A DNA stretch of 32,000 nucleotides from Vibrio cholerae ATCC 14035 (GCF_000621645.1 NZ_JHXR01000001.1:240001-272000); one strand, 5' to 3'; counted from the stretch's first letter, positions 17,624 through 29,071 are shown. Notes: a model not told the origin generated them from the letters alone. Translations and numbers: made by a program.

Positions 17624-18925
17624 ATGCAAGTTACTGTTGAAACGCTAGAAGGCCTACAGCGCCGTCTGAATATTACTGTTCCAGCTGCAAACATCGAAGA
17701 CGCTGTAGCAGCTGAATTACGCAACATCGCGAAAAACCGTCGTTTCGATGGTTTCCGTAAAGGCAAAGTGCCAATGAAGATGGTTGCGAAAATGTACGGC
17801 AAAGCAGTACGTCAAGACGTGCTGGGTGAAGTGATGCAACGCCACTTCATCGAAGCGATCGTAAAAGAGAAAATCAATCCAGCTGGCGCACCAACGTTTG
17901 CTCCAGTTGAAATTGGCGAAGGCAAAGATCTGGTTTTCACAGCAACATTTGAAGTTTACCCAGAAGTTGAACTGAAAGGCCTAGAAAACATCGCAGTAGA
18001 GAAGCCAGCAGCAGAAGTGACTGACGCTGACGTAGCAGAAATGCTGGAAACTCTGCGCAAGCAACAAGCGACTTGGAAAGAAGTTGACGAAGCGGCAGAA
18101 AACGGCAAACGCGTTTCTATCGATTTCGTAGGTTCTATCGATGGCGTAGAGTTTGAAGGCGGTAAAGCAGAAAACTTCCCTCTGGAAATGGGCGCAGGCC
18201 GCATGATCCCAGGTTTTGAAGACGGTATCGTTGGCAAAACCAAGGGCATGGAATTCGTTATCGACGTGACTTTCCCAGAAGATTACCACGCTGAAAACCT
18301 GAAAGGTAAAGCGGCTAAGTTTGCTATCAAAGTGAACAAAGTAGAAGCGCGTGAACTGCCAGAATTGAACGATGAGTTCGTTGCACGTTTTGGCGTAGCT
18401 GAAGGCGGCGTTGACGCTCTGAAAGCAGAAGTACGTAAGAACATGGAACGCGAACTGAAGCAAGCGATCAAAGCGCGCATCAAAGAGCAAGCGATTGAAG
18501 GTCTGGTAAAAGAGAACGAAATCCAAGTTCCTTCTGCACTGATCGATCAAGAGATCAACGTTCTGCGTCAGCAAGCTGCACAACGTTTCGGTGGCAATGT
18601 TGAAGCTGCGGCTCAACTGCCTCGTGAACTGTTCGAAGAGCAAGCGAAACGTCGCGTAGTGGTAGGTCTGCTGCTGGGTGAAGTGATCCGTACTCACGAG
18701 CTGAAAGCGGACGAAGAAAAAGTGAAAGCACTGATCACTGAAATGGCGACTGCGTATGAAGATCCATCAGAAGTGGTTTCTTACTACGAGCAAAACCAAC
18801 AGCTGATGAACAACATGCGTAACGTTGCTCTTGAAGAGCAAGCGGTAGACGCGATCATTGCGAAAGCAAAAGTAACTGAAAAAGCGATCAGCTTCAGCGA
18901 GCTGATGAACCCAGTTGCTGCTTAA
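17624..18925 (+). CDS. tig: Trigger factor
   Basis: 433 aa, [20 protein letters not shown]..., with an FKBP-type PPIase core. Strong codon bias. Sits in tig-clpP-clpX-lon synteny. Confidence 0.97.
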   Translation: MQVTVETLEGLQRRLNITVPAANIEDAVAAELRNIAKNRRFDGFRKGKVPMKMVAKMYGKAVRQDVLGEVMQRHFIEAIVKEKINPAGAPTFAPVEIGEGKDLVFTATFEVYPEVELKGLENIAVEKPAAEVTDADVAEMLETLRKQQATWKEVDEAAENGKRVSIDFVGSIDGVEFEGGKAENFPLEMGAGRMIPGFEDGIVGKTKGMEFVIDVTFPEDYHAENLKGKAAKFAIKVNKVEARELPELNDEFVARFGVAEGGVDALKAEVRKNMERELKQAIKARIKEQAIEGLVKENEIQVPSALIDQEINVLRQQAAQRFGGNVEAAAQLPRELFEEQAKRRVVVGLLLGEVIRTHELKADEEKVKALITEMATAYEDPSEVVSYYEQNQQLMNNMRNVALEEQAVDAIIAKAKVTEKAISFSELMNPVAA

Positions 18926-18979
18926 TAAGCAAACTGTAGCGTAGAAGGTTGACGAAACAAGCAATCATCTGCTAACAAT

Positions 18980-19016
18980 GGTCCGTGTGATACCCATCAT
19001 CCGGGCCATTTATTTT
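18980..19016 (+). terminator. Candidate partial terminator or attenuator between tig and clpP
   Basis: GGTCCG..TGAT ACCC ATCA..CGGGCC, an imperfect stem with one G-U pair and an internal mismatch, followed by ATTTATTTT. Confidence 0.4.
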
Positions 19017-19030
19017 AGGGATATAAGACT

Positions 19031-19657
19031 ATGAGCTACCAAGAAAAAAATGCAATGTCGCCCATTTTTGACGCACTCGTACCTATGGTGGTTGAACAAA
19101 CCTCTCGTGGTGAGCGTTCATACGACATCTATTCTCGCTTACTAAAAGAACGAGTGATTTTCTTAACCGGGCAAGTAGAAGATCACATGGCAAACCTTGT
19201 CGTGGCTCAACTGCTTTTCTTAGAATCTGAAAACCCTGATAAAGATATTTTCCTTTACATCAACTCACCCGGTGGCAGTGTCACTGCAGGGATGTCGATT
19301 TACGATACTATGCAGTTCATCAAGCCAAACGTGAGCACAGTGTGTATGGGACAAGCCTGTTCAATGGGCGCTTTCTTGCTTGCTGGTGGTGCACCGGGCA
19401 AGCGTTATGTACTGCCGAATTCTCGTGTCATGATTCACCAACCACTGGGTGGATTCCAAGGCCAAGCCTCTGATATTCAAATTCATGCTCAAGAAATTCT
19501 GACCATTAAAAACAAACTGAACCGTTTGTTGGCAGAGCATACAGGCCAGCCAATCGAAGTGATTGAACGCGATACTGATCGTGATAACTTCATGTCGGCA
19601 GATCAAGCAGTGGAATACGGTTTGGTGGATGCGGTGCTGAAACACCGTGGCGAGTAA
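19031..19657 (+). CDS. clpP: ATP-dependent Clp protease proteolytic subunit ClpP
   Basis: 208 aa, [30 protein letters not shown]..., catalytic Ser context [12 protein letters not shown]. Confidence 0.97.
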   Translation: MSYQEKNAMSPIFDALVPMVVEQTSRGERSYDIYSRLLKERVIFLTGQVEDHMANLVVAQLLFLESENPDKDIFLYINSPGGSVTAGMSIYDTMQFIKPNVSTVCMGQACSMGAFLLAGGAPGKRYVLPNSRVMIHQPLGGFQGQASDIQIHAQEILTIKNKLNRLLAEHTGQPIEVIERDTDRDNFMSADQAVEYGLVDAVLKHRGE

Positions 19658-19736
19658 GCTCGTAATTGTATAACGCAATTTTGATTGAATTGTTATACAC
19701 TCAAACCAAAGTGAGTAAAGGCTAAGAGGTTAGCGA

Positions 19737-21017
19737 ATGACAGACAAAAGCAAAGAGGGCGGTAGTAGTAAACTGCTGTACTGCTCTTTCTGTGGCAAAA
19801 GCCAGCACGAAGTTCGCAAACTGATCGCAGGTCCGTCCGTGTATATTTGTGATGAGTGCGTTGATTTATGCAACGACATCATCCGCGAAGAGATCAAAGA
19901 TGTTCTGCCAAAAAAGGAATCAGCGGCGTTACCGACGCCAAGAAAGATTCGTGAACATCTCGACGATTATGTGATTGGTCAAGAACACGCCAAAAAAGTG
20001 CTAGCCGTTGCGGTATATAACCACTACAAGCGTTTACGTAATGGTGATACGACTAGCGAAGGCGTTGAGCTGGGCAAGAGTAACATTTTGCTGATTGGCC
20101 CAACGGGTAGCGGTAAAACACTACTGGCTGAAACGCTGGCGCGTTTGCTGGATGTGCCATTTACCATGGCGGATGCGACCACATTAACCGAAGCGGGTTA
20201 TGTGGGCGAAGATGTAGAAAATATCATTCAAAAGCTGCTGCAAAAATGCGATTACGATGTTGCAAAAGCGGAGCGTGGTATCGTCTATATCGATGAAATT
20301 GACAAAATTTCTCGTAAGTCTGAAAACCCATCCATCACACGTGACGTGTCGGGTGAAGGGGTTCAGCAAGCGCTGTTAAAACTGATTGAAGGTACAGTTG
20401 CTTCGGTTCCACCACAAGGTGGCCGTAAACATCCTCAGCAGGAATTCCTGCAAGTCGACACCTCAAAAATCCTATTTATCTGTGGTGGCGCGTTTGCTGG
20501 CCTAGATAAAGTGATTGAACAGCGTGTTGCGACAGGGACTGGTATCGGTTTTGGCGCGGATGTGCGTTCTAAAGACAACAGCAAAACCTTGAGCGAACTG
20601 TTTACTCAGGTTGAACCTGAAGATTTGGTGAAATACGGTTTGATCCCAGAGTTCATTGGTCGTCTGCCTGTTACGGCAACGCTGACTGAACTGGATGAAG
20701 CGGCATTGATTCAAATTCTGTGTGAACCAAAGAATGCACTGACCAAACAGTATGCGGCGTTGTTTGAACTGGAAAACGTTGATCTGGAGTTTCGTGAAGA
20801 TGCGCTGAAAGCGATTGCCGCTAAAGCGATGAAGCGTAAAACCGGTGCGCGTGGTCTACGTTCAATCCTTGAAGCAGTTCTACTGGAAACCATGTATGAA
20901 CTGCCTTCAATGGAAGAGGTCAGCAAGGTGGTGATTGACGAATCTGTGATCAACGGAGAGTCCGCACCGCTACTGATTTACAGCGCTAATGAGAGCCAAG
21001 CCGCTGGTGCGGAGTAA
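19737..21017 (+). CDS. clpX: ATP-dependent Clp protease ATP-binding subunit ClpX
   Basis: 426 aa. N-terminal zinc-binding CSFCGK...CDEC, Walker A GPTGSGKT, Walker B VYIDEIDK. Confidence 0.97.
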
Positions 21018-21039
21018 TCTCAAGCAACAAAAAATAACG

Positions 21040-21067
21040 AGGAGGTATTCAATACCTCCTTTTTTTT
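21040..21067 (+). terminator. Rho-independent terminator after clpX
   Basis: AGGAGGTATT (21040-21049) pairs with AATACCTCCT (21051-21060), running into a T-tract that ends at 21067. Confidence 0.85.
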
Positions 21068-21076
21068 ATTCTGTCA

Positions 21077-21104
21077 TTGAATCCAGTTAGTTAGCCCCCA
21101 TATA
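21077..21104 (+). promoter_or_regulatory. Sigma-32 (heat-shock) promoter of lon
   Basis: TTGAAT (-35) at 21077, a spacer of about 14 nt, then CCCCATATACTG at 21096. This matches the sigma-32 consensus CTTGAA-N13-15-CCCCATnT and resembles the E. coli lon promoter as I recall it. Confidence 0.65.
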
Positions 21105-21139
21105 CTGCGTAACAAATGCAAAGCGGAAGAGAGAAAAAT

Positions 21140-23500
21140 ATGAACTTGGAGCGTTCCGAGCGTATCGAGATCCCCGTACTACCCCTGCGCGACGTGGTTG
21201 TCTATCCACACATGGTCATTCCTTTGTTTGTTGGCCGAGAAAAATCGATCCAGTGCCTAGAAGCGGCGATGGATAACAACAAGCAAGTGTTATTGGTGGC
21301 GCAAAAGAAAGCGGAAACCGATGAGCCGAAAGTCGCCGACTTATTTGAAGTCGGTACCGTCGCAACCATCTTACAGTTGCTGAAATTGCCTGATGGCACA
21401 GTGAAAGTACTGGTCGAAGGTCAACAGCGTGCCAAAATCACTCAATTCTATGAAGAAGAGTATTTCTTTGCCGATGCACAATATCTGGTGACACCAGAAT
21501 TGGATGAGCGTGAGCAAGAAGTGGTGGTTCGCAGTGCGATTAACCAGTTTGAAGGCTTTATCAAACTCAACAAAAAAATCCCGCCTGAGGTACTCACTTC
21601 ACTGAACGGGATTGATGAGGCCGCACGTTTAGCAGACACGATTGCCGCGCACATGCCGCTGAAATTGGTCGATAAACAGAAAGTGCTTGAACTGCTGGAT
21701 GTCAGTGAACGTTTAGAATTCTTAATGGGGCAGATGGAGTCTGAAATCGATCTGCTGCAGGTTGAGAAGCGCATCCGCACCCGCGTTAAAAAGCAGATGG
21801 AAAAGTCACAGCGCGAGTACTATCTGAATGAACAGATGAAAGCGATTCAGAAAGAATTAGGCGAGATGGATGACGCGCCTGACGAATTTGAAACGCTGAA
21901 AAAGAAAATCGAAGAGTCGAAGATGCCGAAAGAGGCACGCGACAAAGCAGAGCAAGAGCTGCACAAGCTGAAAATGATGTCGCCGATGTCAGCAGAAGCA
22001 ACGGTAGTGCGTAGCTACATCGATTGGATGGTCAATGTTCCGTGGACTAAGCGCAGCAAGGTGAAAAAAGATCTCTCTAAAGCAGAAGAGATCCTCAATG
22101 CTGACCACTACGGCTTAGAGCGGGTCAAAGAGCGTATTTTGGAATATCTCGCCGTGCAAAGTCGTATCAATAAGCTTAAAGGTCCAATCCTATGCTTAGT
22201 GGGGCCTCCGGGTGTGGGTAAAACCTCACTGGGTCGCTCGATTGCCGCTGCGACTGGGCGTCAGTATGTGCGTATGGCGCTGGGGGGCGTGCGTGATGAA
22301 GCGGAAATTCGTGGTCACCGCCGCACCTACATTGGCTCTATGCCGGGTAAGCTTATTCAAAAGATGGCGAAAGTCGGGGTGAAAAACCCACTCTTCTTAC
22401 TCGATGAAATCGACAAGATGTCATCGGATATGCGTGGTGATCCGGCTTCTGCACTGCTAGAGGTGCTTGACCCTGAGCAAAACAACTCGTTTAACGATCA
22501 CTACCTAGAAGTGGATTATGACCTGTCGGACGTGATGTTCGTTGCGACTTCAAACTCGATGAACATTCCAGGCCCATTACTAGACCGTATGGAAGTGATT
22601 CGTTTATCGGGGTACACCGAAGATGAAAAACTCAATATTGCCAAAGACCATCTGGTCAGTAAGCAAGTTGAGCGTAACGGCCTCAAGCCAAGCGAGATCG
22701 TGATTGAAGATTCTGCGATTGTCGGCATTATTCGCTATTACACTCGTGAAGCGGGCGTGCGTGGTCTGGAGCGCGAAATCTCAAAGATCTGTCGTAAAGC
22801 CGTGAAGAAAATTCTGCTCGATAAAGGCGTGAAAACCGTTGTTGTAAACCAACAAAACTTAAAAGAGTTTTTAGGTGTACAACGCTTTGACTACGGTAAA
22901 GCGGAAGAGAGCAACCGTATTGGTCAAGTGAATGGCCTCGCGTGGACGGAAGTGGGCGGTGATTTACTAACCATCGAAACCCAATCGATGCCGGGTAAAG
23001 GTAAACTTACCCAAACCGGTTCACTGGGCGATGTGATGCAAGAGTCGATTCAAGCGGCGATGACGGTGGTGCGCTCTCGTGCAGAAAAATTGGGCATCAA
23101 CCCTGATTTCTATGAGAAAAAAGATATCCATGTCCATGTCCCAGAAGGTGCGACACCTAAAGATGGCCCAAGTGCGGGTATCGCCATGTGTACAGCGCTG
23201 GTTTCTAGTTTGACCGGTAACCCAGTCAAAGCGGAAGTCGCCATGACCGGTGAAATCACTCTGCGTGGTGAAGTATTACCGATTGGTGGTTTGAAAGAGA
23301 AACTGCTGGCAGCACATCGCGGTGGCATCAAAACGGTGCTGATCCCGAAAGATAATGAGCGCGATCTGGAGGAGATCCCAGATAACGTGATCGCCGATCT
23401 GCAAGTACTTCCAGTGCAGTGGATTGACGAGGTGCTCAAAGTTGCCTTGGAGCAAGACCCGACAGGGGTTAGCTTTGAGAGCAAAAAGAGTGATGCATAG
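21140..23500 (+). CDS. lon: ATP-dependent Lon protease
   Basis: 786 aa from the ATG at 21140 ([33 protein letters not shown]). Walker [10 protein letters not shown]. Protease Ser context [21 protein letters not shown]. Confidence 0.97.
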   Translation: MNLERSERIEIPVLPLRDVVVYPHMVIPLFVGREKSIQCLEAAMDNNKQVLLVAQKKAETDEPKVADLFEVGTVATILQLLKLPDGTVKVLVEGQQRAKITQFYEEEYFFADAQYLVTPELDEREQEVVVRSAINQFEGFIKLNKKIPPEVLTSLNGIDEAARLADTIAAHMPLKLVDKQKVLELLDVSERLEFLMGQMESEIDLLQVEKRIRTRVKKQMEKSQREYYLNEQMKAIQKELGEMDDAPDEFETLKKKIEESKMPKEARDKAEQELHKLKMMSPMSAEATVVRSYIDWMVNVPWTKRSKVKKDLSKAEEILNADHYGLERVKERILEYLAVQSRINKLKGPILCLVGPPGVGKTSLGRSIAAATGRQYVRMALGGVRDEAEIRGHRRTYIGSMPGKLIQKMAKVGVKNPLFLLDEIDKMSSDMRGDPASALLEVLDPEQNNSFNDHYLEVDYDLSDVMFVATSNSMNIPGPLLDRMEVIRLSGYTEDEKLNIAKDHLVSKQVERNGLKPSEIVIEDSAIVGIIRYYTREAGVRGLEREISKICRKAVKKILLDKGVKTVVVNQQNLKEFLGVQRFDYGKAEESNRIGQVNGLAWTEVGGDLLTIETQSMPGKGKLTQTGSLGDVMQESIQAAMTVVRSRAEKLGINPDFYEKKDIHVHVPEGATPKDGPSAGIAMCTALVSSLTGNPVKAEVAMTGEITLRGEVLPIGGLKEKLLAAHRGGIKTVLIPKDNERDLEEIPDNVIADLQVLPVQWIDEVLKVALEQDPTGVSFESKKSDA

Positions 23501-23519
23501 CAAAAATAAGTAAATCTTT

Positions 23520-23558
23520 ACGCTGATAGGTCTAAAAAGGCTTGTCAGCGTTTTTTTT
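23520..23558 (+). terminator. Rho-independent terminator after lon
   Basis: ACGCTGA (23520-23526) pairs with TCAGCGT (23545-23551), with partial extra pairing in the loop region, followed by T8. Confidence 0.7.
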
Positions 23559-23683
23559 GAAGGCTAACGTTACTGTCAATAGCTTCTAGCCCTGATGCAA
23601 CAAGGCTTTAGGCTAGTTTTAAACTTTAATGGAACGAAATCGGCACCGATAAAATAATAAAGGGTGACCAAAGGGGAATCACA

Positions 23684-23956
23684 GTGAATAAGACACAACT
23701 AGTAGAACAAATTGCAGCGAACGCAGATATCTCTAAAGCCTCTGCAGGTCGCGCTCTTGACGCATTCATCGAAGCAGTCAGCGGCACACTACAATCAGGT
23801 GACCAAGTGGCACTGGTTGGTTTTGGTACGTTCAGCGTACGTACTCGCGCAGCGCGTACTGGTCGTAACCCAAAAACTGGCGAAGAGATCAAAATCGCTG
23901 AAGCGAAAGTGCCTTCATTCAAAGCAGGTAAAGCTCTGAAAGACGCTTGCAACTAA
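23684..23956 (+). CDS. hupB: Nucleoid-associated protein HU beta subunit
   Basis: 90 aa, GTG start at 23684 with an [38 protein letters not shown]...[24 protein letters not shown]. Confidence 0.95.
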
Positions 23957-24010
23957 TTTGAATGAAGATTTTGCACTTTTCTGCAAAATAAATTCGAACC
24001 TTTTGAAATT

Positions 24011-24041
24011 ATGCGCATCCTACTGATGCGCATTTCTTTTT
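24011..24041 (+). terminator. Rho-independent terminator after hupB
   Basis: ATGCGCATC (24011-24019), loop CTACT, GATGCGCAT (24025-24033), then TTCTTTTT. Confidence 0.85.
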
Positions 24042-24108
24042 CTGATATTATCGCGCCATTCATTTTGGGCTTACGTGCCTGATATCAACCCCGGAGAGTA
24101 GTAGCACT

Positions 24109-25968
24109 ATGATGGATCGATTACGCGAAGGCGTGAACAGCATCGCGGTTAAAATTATCCTTGGATTAATCATCCTGTCTTTCATTTTTGCTGGTGTAGG
24201 TAACTACCTGATCAGCGGCGGTAATAACGCGGCCGCTAAAGTCGGCAATGCGGAAATCAGTCGTGGTGATTTTGAGCAAGCCTATCAAAACGAACGTAAC
24301 CGTATGCAAGCTCAACTGGGCGATTATTTTTCAAACTTGCTGGCGGATCCGACCTATGTCGCCTCTTTCCGTAAGTCAGTATTAGATCGTATGGTGAACG
24401 ATTTGCTCTTAGAGCAACATGCAGCGTCACTAGGGCTACGTGTGAGTGATGAGCAAGTTCGTCAATTGATTTTAGAAATCCCACAATTTCAATCTCAAGG
24501 CGTATTTGACTCTACGGCTTACCAAGCGACTCTGCGTCGCGCAGGCTTTACTCCTGAGATGTATGCTGAATACTTACGCAAAGATTTAGTGCGTAATCAA
24601 TTGATGAGTGCATTGCAGGGAAGTGAATTCAGCCTTGCTGGTGAAGTAAACTTGCAAGACCAATTGATTTCTCAGACGCGTGATATTCGTACGATCACCT
24701 TATCTCTAGAAGACTTCGCAAAAAAAGTGACGTTGAGCGATGAAGAGATCGATCAGTACTACAAAACTAACACCGAGCGTTTTACTCGCCCTGAGCAGGT
24801 AAAAGTCTCTTATGTCGAGCTCTCTGCTGATGGACTGAAAGCGCAAGTGAGCGTTGATGATGCGGCAGCGCAGCAGTACTACCAAGAACATTTGGATAAG
24901 TACTCTACTGCAGAGCAGCGCAATGTGAGCCATATCCTGATTGAAGGTAATGATGAGCAAAAAGCACAAGCGATTTTGGATGAACTGAATGCTGGTGCTG
25001 ATTTTGCGACTTTAGCGAAAGAAAAATCGCAAGATCTCGGCAGTGCAGCAGAGGGCGGCTCACTGGGTTGGATTGAACCTGACACTATGGACCCAGCTTT
25101 CGAAGCGGCAGCATTTGCATTAACTGAAAAGGGTCAAGTTTCGGGTCTTGTAAAGTCTGATTTCGGTTATCACATCATTCGCTTAGACGACATCAAAGCA
25201 CCTGTGGTGAAGCCATACAGTGAAGTTGAGCAGGCGATCAAACAAGAACTGATTGATCAGCAAGCCCTTGATAGTTTCTATGCTAAGCAGAGTGAACTTG
25301 AAAAGATGGCATTTGAACATTCAGACTCTCTGGATGAAGCGGCCAAGGCTATCTCAGCTACGGTTGTGCACACCGATTTTATCTCTGCCGAACAAGCTCC
25401 TGAGGTGTTAACCACTCCTGCGGTACTGCAAGCGCTGAAATCACCAGAAGTGAAAGAAGATGGTCTCAACTCTGAAGTGATTGAAGTAGCTCCAGAGCAT
25501 GTCGTGGTGGTGCGTGTTGAAGAGTTTCGTCCAGAAACTGTGCTGCCACTTGATGAAGTCAAATCGCAAGTGGTTGAGCAGCTATCTCGTATGAAAGGTG
25601 AACAACAAGCACTTGAACTGGGTAACCAGCTTGTGACTGCGTTGAAAGCGGGTGAAACGGATCTGCTAGCGCAAAAAGGTGTGTCTTTTGGCGAATTACA
25701 AATGATCGATCGCAGTTCACCTCTTGCCAACACGGTTTACGCCATGGTGAAACCACAAGAGGGCGAGAAGGTTTATGCCCAAGCGAAAGATTTTGACGGC
25801 AATATCGTTGTGATTGAGTTGAGCAAAGTGGAAAGTAAACTGACACCGGCTTATCACGAACAGATCGCTACACAGTTAGAACGTATCGGTTCTCAGCAAG
25901 ATCTGGCGGGTGTGATCAGTGTGTTGCGTCAAAACACCGATATTGAGTATCACATTGCGACAGAATAA
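24109..25968 (+). CDS. ppiD: Periplasmic chaperone / peptidyl-prolyl isomerase PpiD
   Basis: 619 aa. N-terminal membrane anchor (IAVKIILGLIILSFIFAGV), parvulin-like domain (SHILI...GGSLGW...FGYHIIRL). Synteny after hupB. Confidence 0.93.
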   Translation: MMDRLREGVNSIAVKIILGLIILSFIFAGVGNYLISGGNNAAAKVGNAEISRGDFEQAYQNERNRMQAQLGDYFSNLLADPTYVASFRKSVLDRMVNDLLLEQHAASLGLRVSDEQVRQLILEIPQFQSQGVFDSTAYQATLRRAGFTPEMYAEYLRKDLVRNQLMSALQGSEFSLAGEVNLQDQLISQTRDIRTITLSLEDFAKKVTLSDEEIDQYYKTNTERFTRPEQVKVSYVELSADGLKAQVSVDDAAAQQYYQEHLDKYSTAEQRNVSHILIEGNDEQKAQAILDELNAGADFATLAKEKSQDLGSAAEGGSLGWIEPDTMDPAFEAAAFALTEKGQVSGLVKSDFGYHIIRLDDIKAPVVKPYSEVEQAIKQELIDQQALDSFYAKQSELEKMAFEHSDSLDEAAKAISATVVHTDFISAEQAPEVLTTPAVLQALKSPEVKEDGLNSEVIEVAPEHVVVVRVEEFRPETVLPLDEVKSQVVEQLSRMKGEQQALELGNQLVTALKAGETDLLAQKGVSFGELQMIDRSSPLANTVYAMVKPQEGEKVYAQAKDFDGNIVVIELSKVESKLTPAYHEQIATQLERIGSQQDLAGVISVLRQNTDIEYHIATE

Positions 25969-25999
25969 GCATTCTTAGTGTAATTGATATGTTTAAAGA

Positions 26000-26030
26000 A
26001 ACGGGCTACAGCAGTAGCCCGTTCTATTTA
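26000..26030 (+). terminator. Terminator hairpin after ppiD
   Basis: AACGGGCTAC (26000-26009), loop AGCA, GTAGCCCGTT (26014-26023). The trailing CTATTTAT is a weak U-tract. Confidence 0.65.
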
Positions 26031-26102
26031 TAAATTGTCGAAATTTCCATCATTTTTCCCCTCGCTATCATAAGCCCTCAACAACCAAAATGAGGGTCTA
26101 TC

Positions 26103-26414
26103 ATGCAAATCAAAACCAAAATAGTGACACTGTTTCTTTCTCTCTGCCTGCCGACATTACCGTTACTGGCCAATGCCGAGGAAACGGCACCCGCTGCGCA
26201 GGTAGAAGAAGGTATTGTGATCACTGTCAATATTAATACCGCTTCTGCAGAAGAGCTGGCGACGTTACTCAAAGGCATCGGGCTTAAGAAAGCTCAGGCC
26301 ATTGTCGATTATCGAGAAGCCAACGGTCCTTTTACTCATATCGATGATCTGACGAATGTGAAAGGGATTGGTGAAGCGACAGTGCGCAACAATGCCGCAA
26401 GGATCTTGTTATAA
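26103..26414 (+). CDS. comEA: Periplasmic DNA-binding competence protein ComEA (helix-hairpin-helix)
   Basis: 103 aa. Signal peptide, then VNINTASAEELATLLKGIGLKKAQAIVDYREANGPF...LTNVKGIGEATV (tandem HhH). Confidence 0.9.
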   Translation: MQIKTKIVTLFLSLCLPTLPLLANAEETAPAAQVEEGIVITVNINTASAEELATLLKGIGLKKAQAIVDYREANGPFTHIDDLTNVKGIGEATVRNNAARILL

Positions 26415-26436
26415 GCTGCAATCATGTGTCTCGTAA

Positions 26437-26465
26437 TAACTCGGCTTCGGCCGAGTTAATTTTTT
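26437..26465 (+). terminator. Rho-independent terminator after comEA
   Basis: TAACTCGGC (26437-26445), loop TTCG, GCCGAGTTA (26450-26458), then ATTTTTT. Confidence 0.85.
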
Positions 26466-26596
26466 AACTCAGTAGCCTTTTTATGGTTAATCAGGACTCT
26501 TACCTAGCACCAGAGAGCCTTTGCACTTATAATTCTTCGCCGAAAACGCGGGCGTGACGATTCCAATCGCCTAAAAACAAAAAAGTGGAGAAATAC

Positions 26597-27274
26597 ATGT
26601 CTTCTCATACGCCAGTGGTTACCGTTGATGGACCTAGCGGTGCAGGTAAAGGCACATTGTGCATGTTGTTGGCTAAAAAACTCGGTTTTCAGCTATTGGA
26701 CTCTGGCGCGATTTATCGCGTGTTGGCCTTGGCGGCTCTTCATCATGGCGTTGATCTTGAATCGGAAGACGCTTTGGTTCCTCTTGCTACGCATCTTGAT
26801 GTGCAGTTCATCGCGGAAGGCGACTTAGTGAAAGTCATCCTCGAAGGTGAAGATGTGTCCCGCGAGCTGCGTAAAGAAGAAACTGGGATGGCTGCGTCAA
26901 AAGTCGCGGCATTACCTCGGGTACGTGAAGCGCTGCTGCGCCGTCAACGCGCGTTTGCTAGTGGTATTGGATTAGTTGCAGATGGCCGTGATATGGGCAC
27001 AGTGGTTTTTCCAGCGGCGGAAGCAAAAATTTTCCTTGATGCGAGTGCGGAAGAAAGAGCCCGTAGACGCTTCAAGCAGTTGCAACTGAAGGGGCTTGAT
27101 GTTAAATTTGATGCCCTTTTAAGCGAAATTCAGGAAAGAGACGACCGCGACAGAAATCGTGCTGTTGCTCCATTACGTCCTGCTGAAGACGCATTAGTGC
27201 TTGATTCAACCACATTGACTATCGATGAAGTGGTGGAACAAGCGCTACAATATATTGAATCTAAGCTAGTGTGA
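26597..27274 (+). CDS. cmk: Cytidylate kinase
   Basis: 225 aa from the ATG at 26597, with a GGAGAAATAC SD. P-loop [11 protein letters not shown]. The track start at 26585 is a GTG lying inside the SD. Confidence 0.95.
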   Translation: MSSHTPVVTVDGPSGAGKGTLCMLLAKKLGFQLLDSGAIYRVLALAALHHGVDLESEDALVPLATHLDVQFIAEGDLVKVILEGEDVSRELRKEETGMAASKVAALPRVREALLRRQRAFASGIGLVADGRDMGTVVFPAAEAKIFLDASAEERARRRFKQLQLKGLDVKFDALLSEIQERDDRDRNRAVAPLRPAEDALVLDSTTLTIDEVVEQALQYIESKLV

Positions 27275-27382
27275 ATGGTTCACGCTAGGTAAGAACGTCG
27301 GTCGCAAGGATGATGACTGGCGAATTTAATAACCCCACGTGGTAGGACACCCGTGGCCGTTTAATTATTGAAGATTAAATAA

Positions 27383-29052
27383 ATGACTGAATCTTTTGCT
27401 CAACTCTTTGAAGAGTTTCTGAACGAGACCCAATTCCAACAAGGTACTATCGTTAAAGGTACTGTAGTAGCAATCGAGAACGGCTACGTTCTGGTTGATG
27501 CTGGCCTGAAGTCTGAGTCTGCTATCCCTGCTGAACAATTCAAGAACGCTGCTGGCGAACTAGAAGTTCAAGTAGGTTCTCAAGTAGACGTAGCTCTGGA
27601 CGCGGTTGAAGATGGTTTCGGCGAAACTCAACTTTCTCGTGAGAAAGCGAAGCGCCATGAAGCTTGGATCGTACTTGAAAAAGCTTACGAAGAAGCTGCA
27701 ACTGTTATCGGTATCATTAACGGTAAAGTTAAAGGCGGTTTCACTGTTGAACTGAACGGTATCCGTGCGTTCCTGCCAGGTTCTCTGGTTGACGTACGTC
27801 CAATCCGTGACACTGCTCACCTAGAAAACAAAGAGCTAGAGTTCAAAGTTATCAAGCTAGACCAGAAGCGTAACAACGTTGTTGTTTCTCGTCGTGCAGT
27901 TATCGAATCTGAAAGCAGCGTAGAGCGTGATGAACTGCTTGAAACTCTGCAAGAAGGTACTGAAGTTAAAGGTATCGTTAAGAACCTGACTGACTACGGT
28001 GCGTTCGTTGATCTGGGCGGCGTTGACGGTCTGCTACACATCACTGACATGGCTTGGAAGCGCGTTAAGCATCCATCAGAAATCGTTAACGTTGGTGACG
28101 AGATCCTAGTTAAAGTACTGAAGTTCGATCGTGATCGTACTCGCGTATCTCTAGGTCTGAAACAGCTAGGCGAAGATCCATGGGTAGCAATCGCTAAGCG
28201 TTACCCAGAAGGTCACAAACTGTCTGGCCGTGTAACTAACCTGACTGACTACGGCTGCTTCGTTGAAATCGAAGAAGGCGTTGAAGGTCTAGTACACGTT
28301 TCTGAAATGGACTGGACGAACAAGAACATCCACCCATCTAAAGTTGTTAATGTTGGCGACGAAGTTGAGGTTATGGTTCTGGATATCGACGAAGAGCGTC
28401 GTCGTATCTCTCTAGGCCTGAAACAGTGTAAAGCTAACCCATGGCAATCATTCGCTGAAGCGCAAGCTAAAGGCGACAAAGTAACTGGTAAGATCAAGTC
28501 TATCACTGACTTTGGTATCTTCATCGGTCTAGAAGGCGGTATCGACGGTCTGGTTCACCTGTCTGACATCTCTTGGAACGTACCAGGAGAAGAAGCTGTT
28601 CGTGAATTCAAGAAAGGCGACGAAATCTCTGCAGTTGTTCTAGCAGTAGACGCTGAGCGTGAGCGTATTTCTCTGGGCATCAAGCAAATGGAAAACGATC
28701 CATTCAACGCTTATGTTTCAGACAACAAGAAAGGTGCTCTGGTTAACGGTACTGTAACTGCAGTTGACGCGAAAGGCGCAACCATCGAGCTAGAAGACGG
28801 CGTTGAAGGTTACATCGCGCTTCTGAAGTATCACGTGACCGTATCGAAGATGCATCACTGATCCTGAACGTTGGTGACAAAGTTGAAGCGAAATTTACTG
28901 GTGTTGACCGTAAAAACCGCGTAATCAACCTGTCTATCAAAGCGAAAGATGAAGCTGAAGAGCAAGAAGTAATGGCAACTCTGAACAAGCAAGATGAAGC
29001 TGCGTTCGGTAATGCTATGGCTGACGCTTTCAAAGCAGCGAAAGGCGAATAA
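27383..29052 (+). pseudogene. rpsA: 30S ribosomal protein S1 gene with an apparent 1-nt deletion (frameshift) near 28816
   Basis: ORF 27383..28861 matches S1 through ...[10 protein letters not shown] and then reads [14 protein letters not shown]. The frame one base back, from 28816, reads [78 protein letters not shown] and ends at 29052. This is the canonical S1 C-terminus. Reconstructed length is 556 aa. Confidence 0.9.
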
Positions 29053-29071
29053 TAGCCAAACGCTAATAGAC

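Noticed and set aside
17981-18697. 238-aa ORF on the minus strand, lying entirely inside tig.
   Set aside because: It is antisense to a highly codon-biased gene. Its composition is rich in F, Q, L, R and C, typical of reverse-complement shadows of GAA/AAA/CTG-rich genes. It has no SD, and the tig identity on the + strand is unambiguous.
18926-19030. Sigma-32 promoter for clpP, by analogy with E. coli (ACCCATCAT at about 18992).
   Set aside because: The -10-like element is weak and no CTTGAA-like -35 sits at the correct spacing. The same bases are better explained as part of the tig-clpP hairpin.
26031-26060. Possible CRP/CRP-S site TGTCGAAATTTCCATCA upstream of comEA.
   Set aside because: Only the central GAAATTTC is symmetric. 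The outer half-sites match TGTGA/TCACA or TGCGA/TCGCA poorly (about 5 of 8 symmetric positions). The centre lies about -34.5 from the predicted TSS, which is not a standard class I or class II position.
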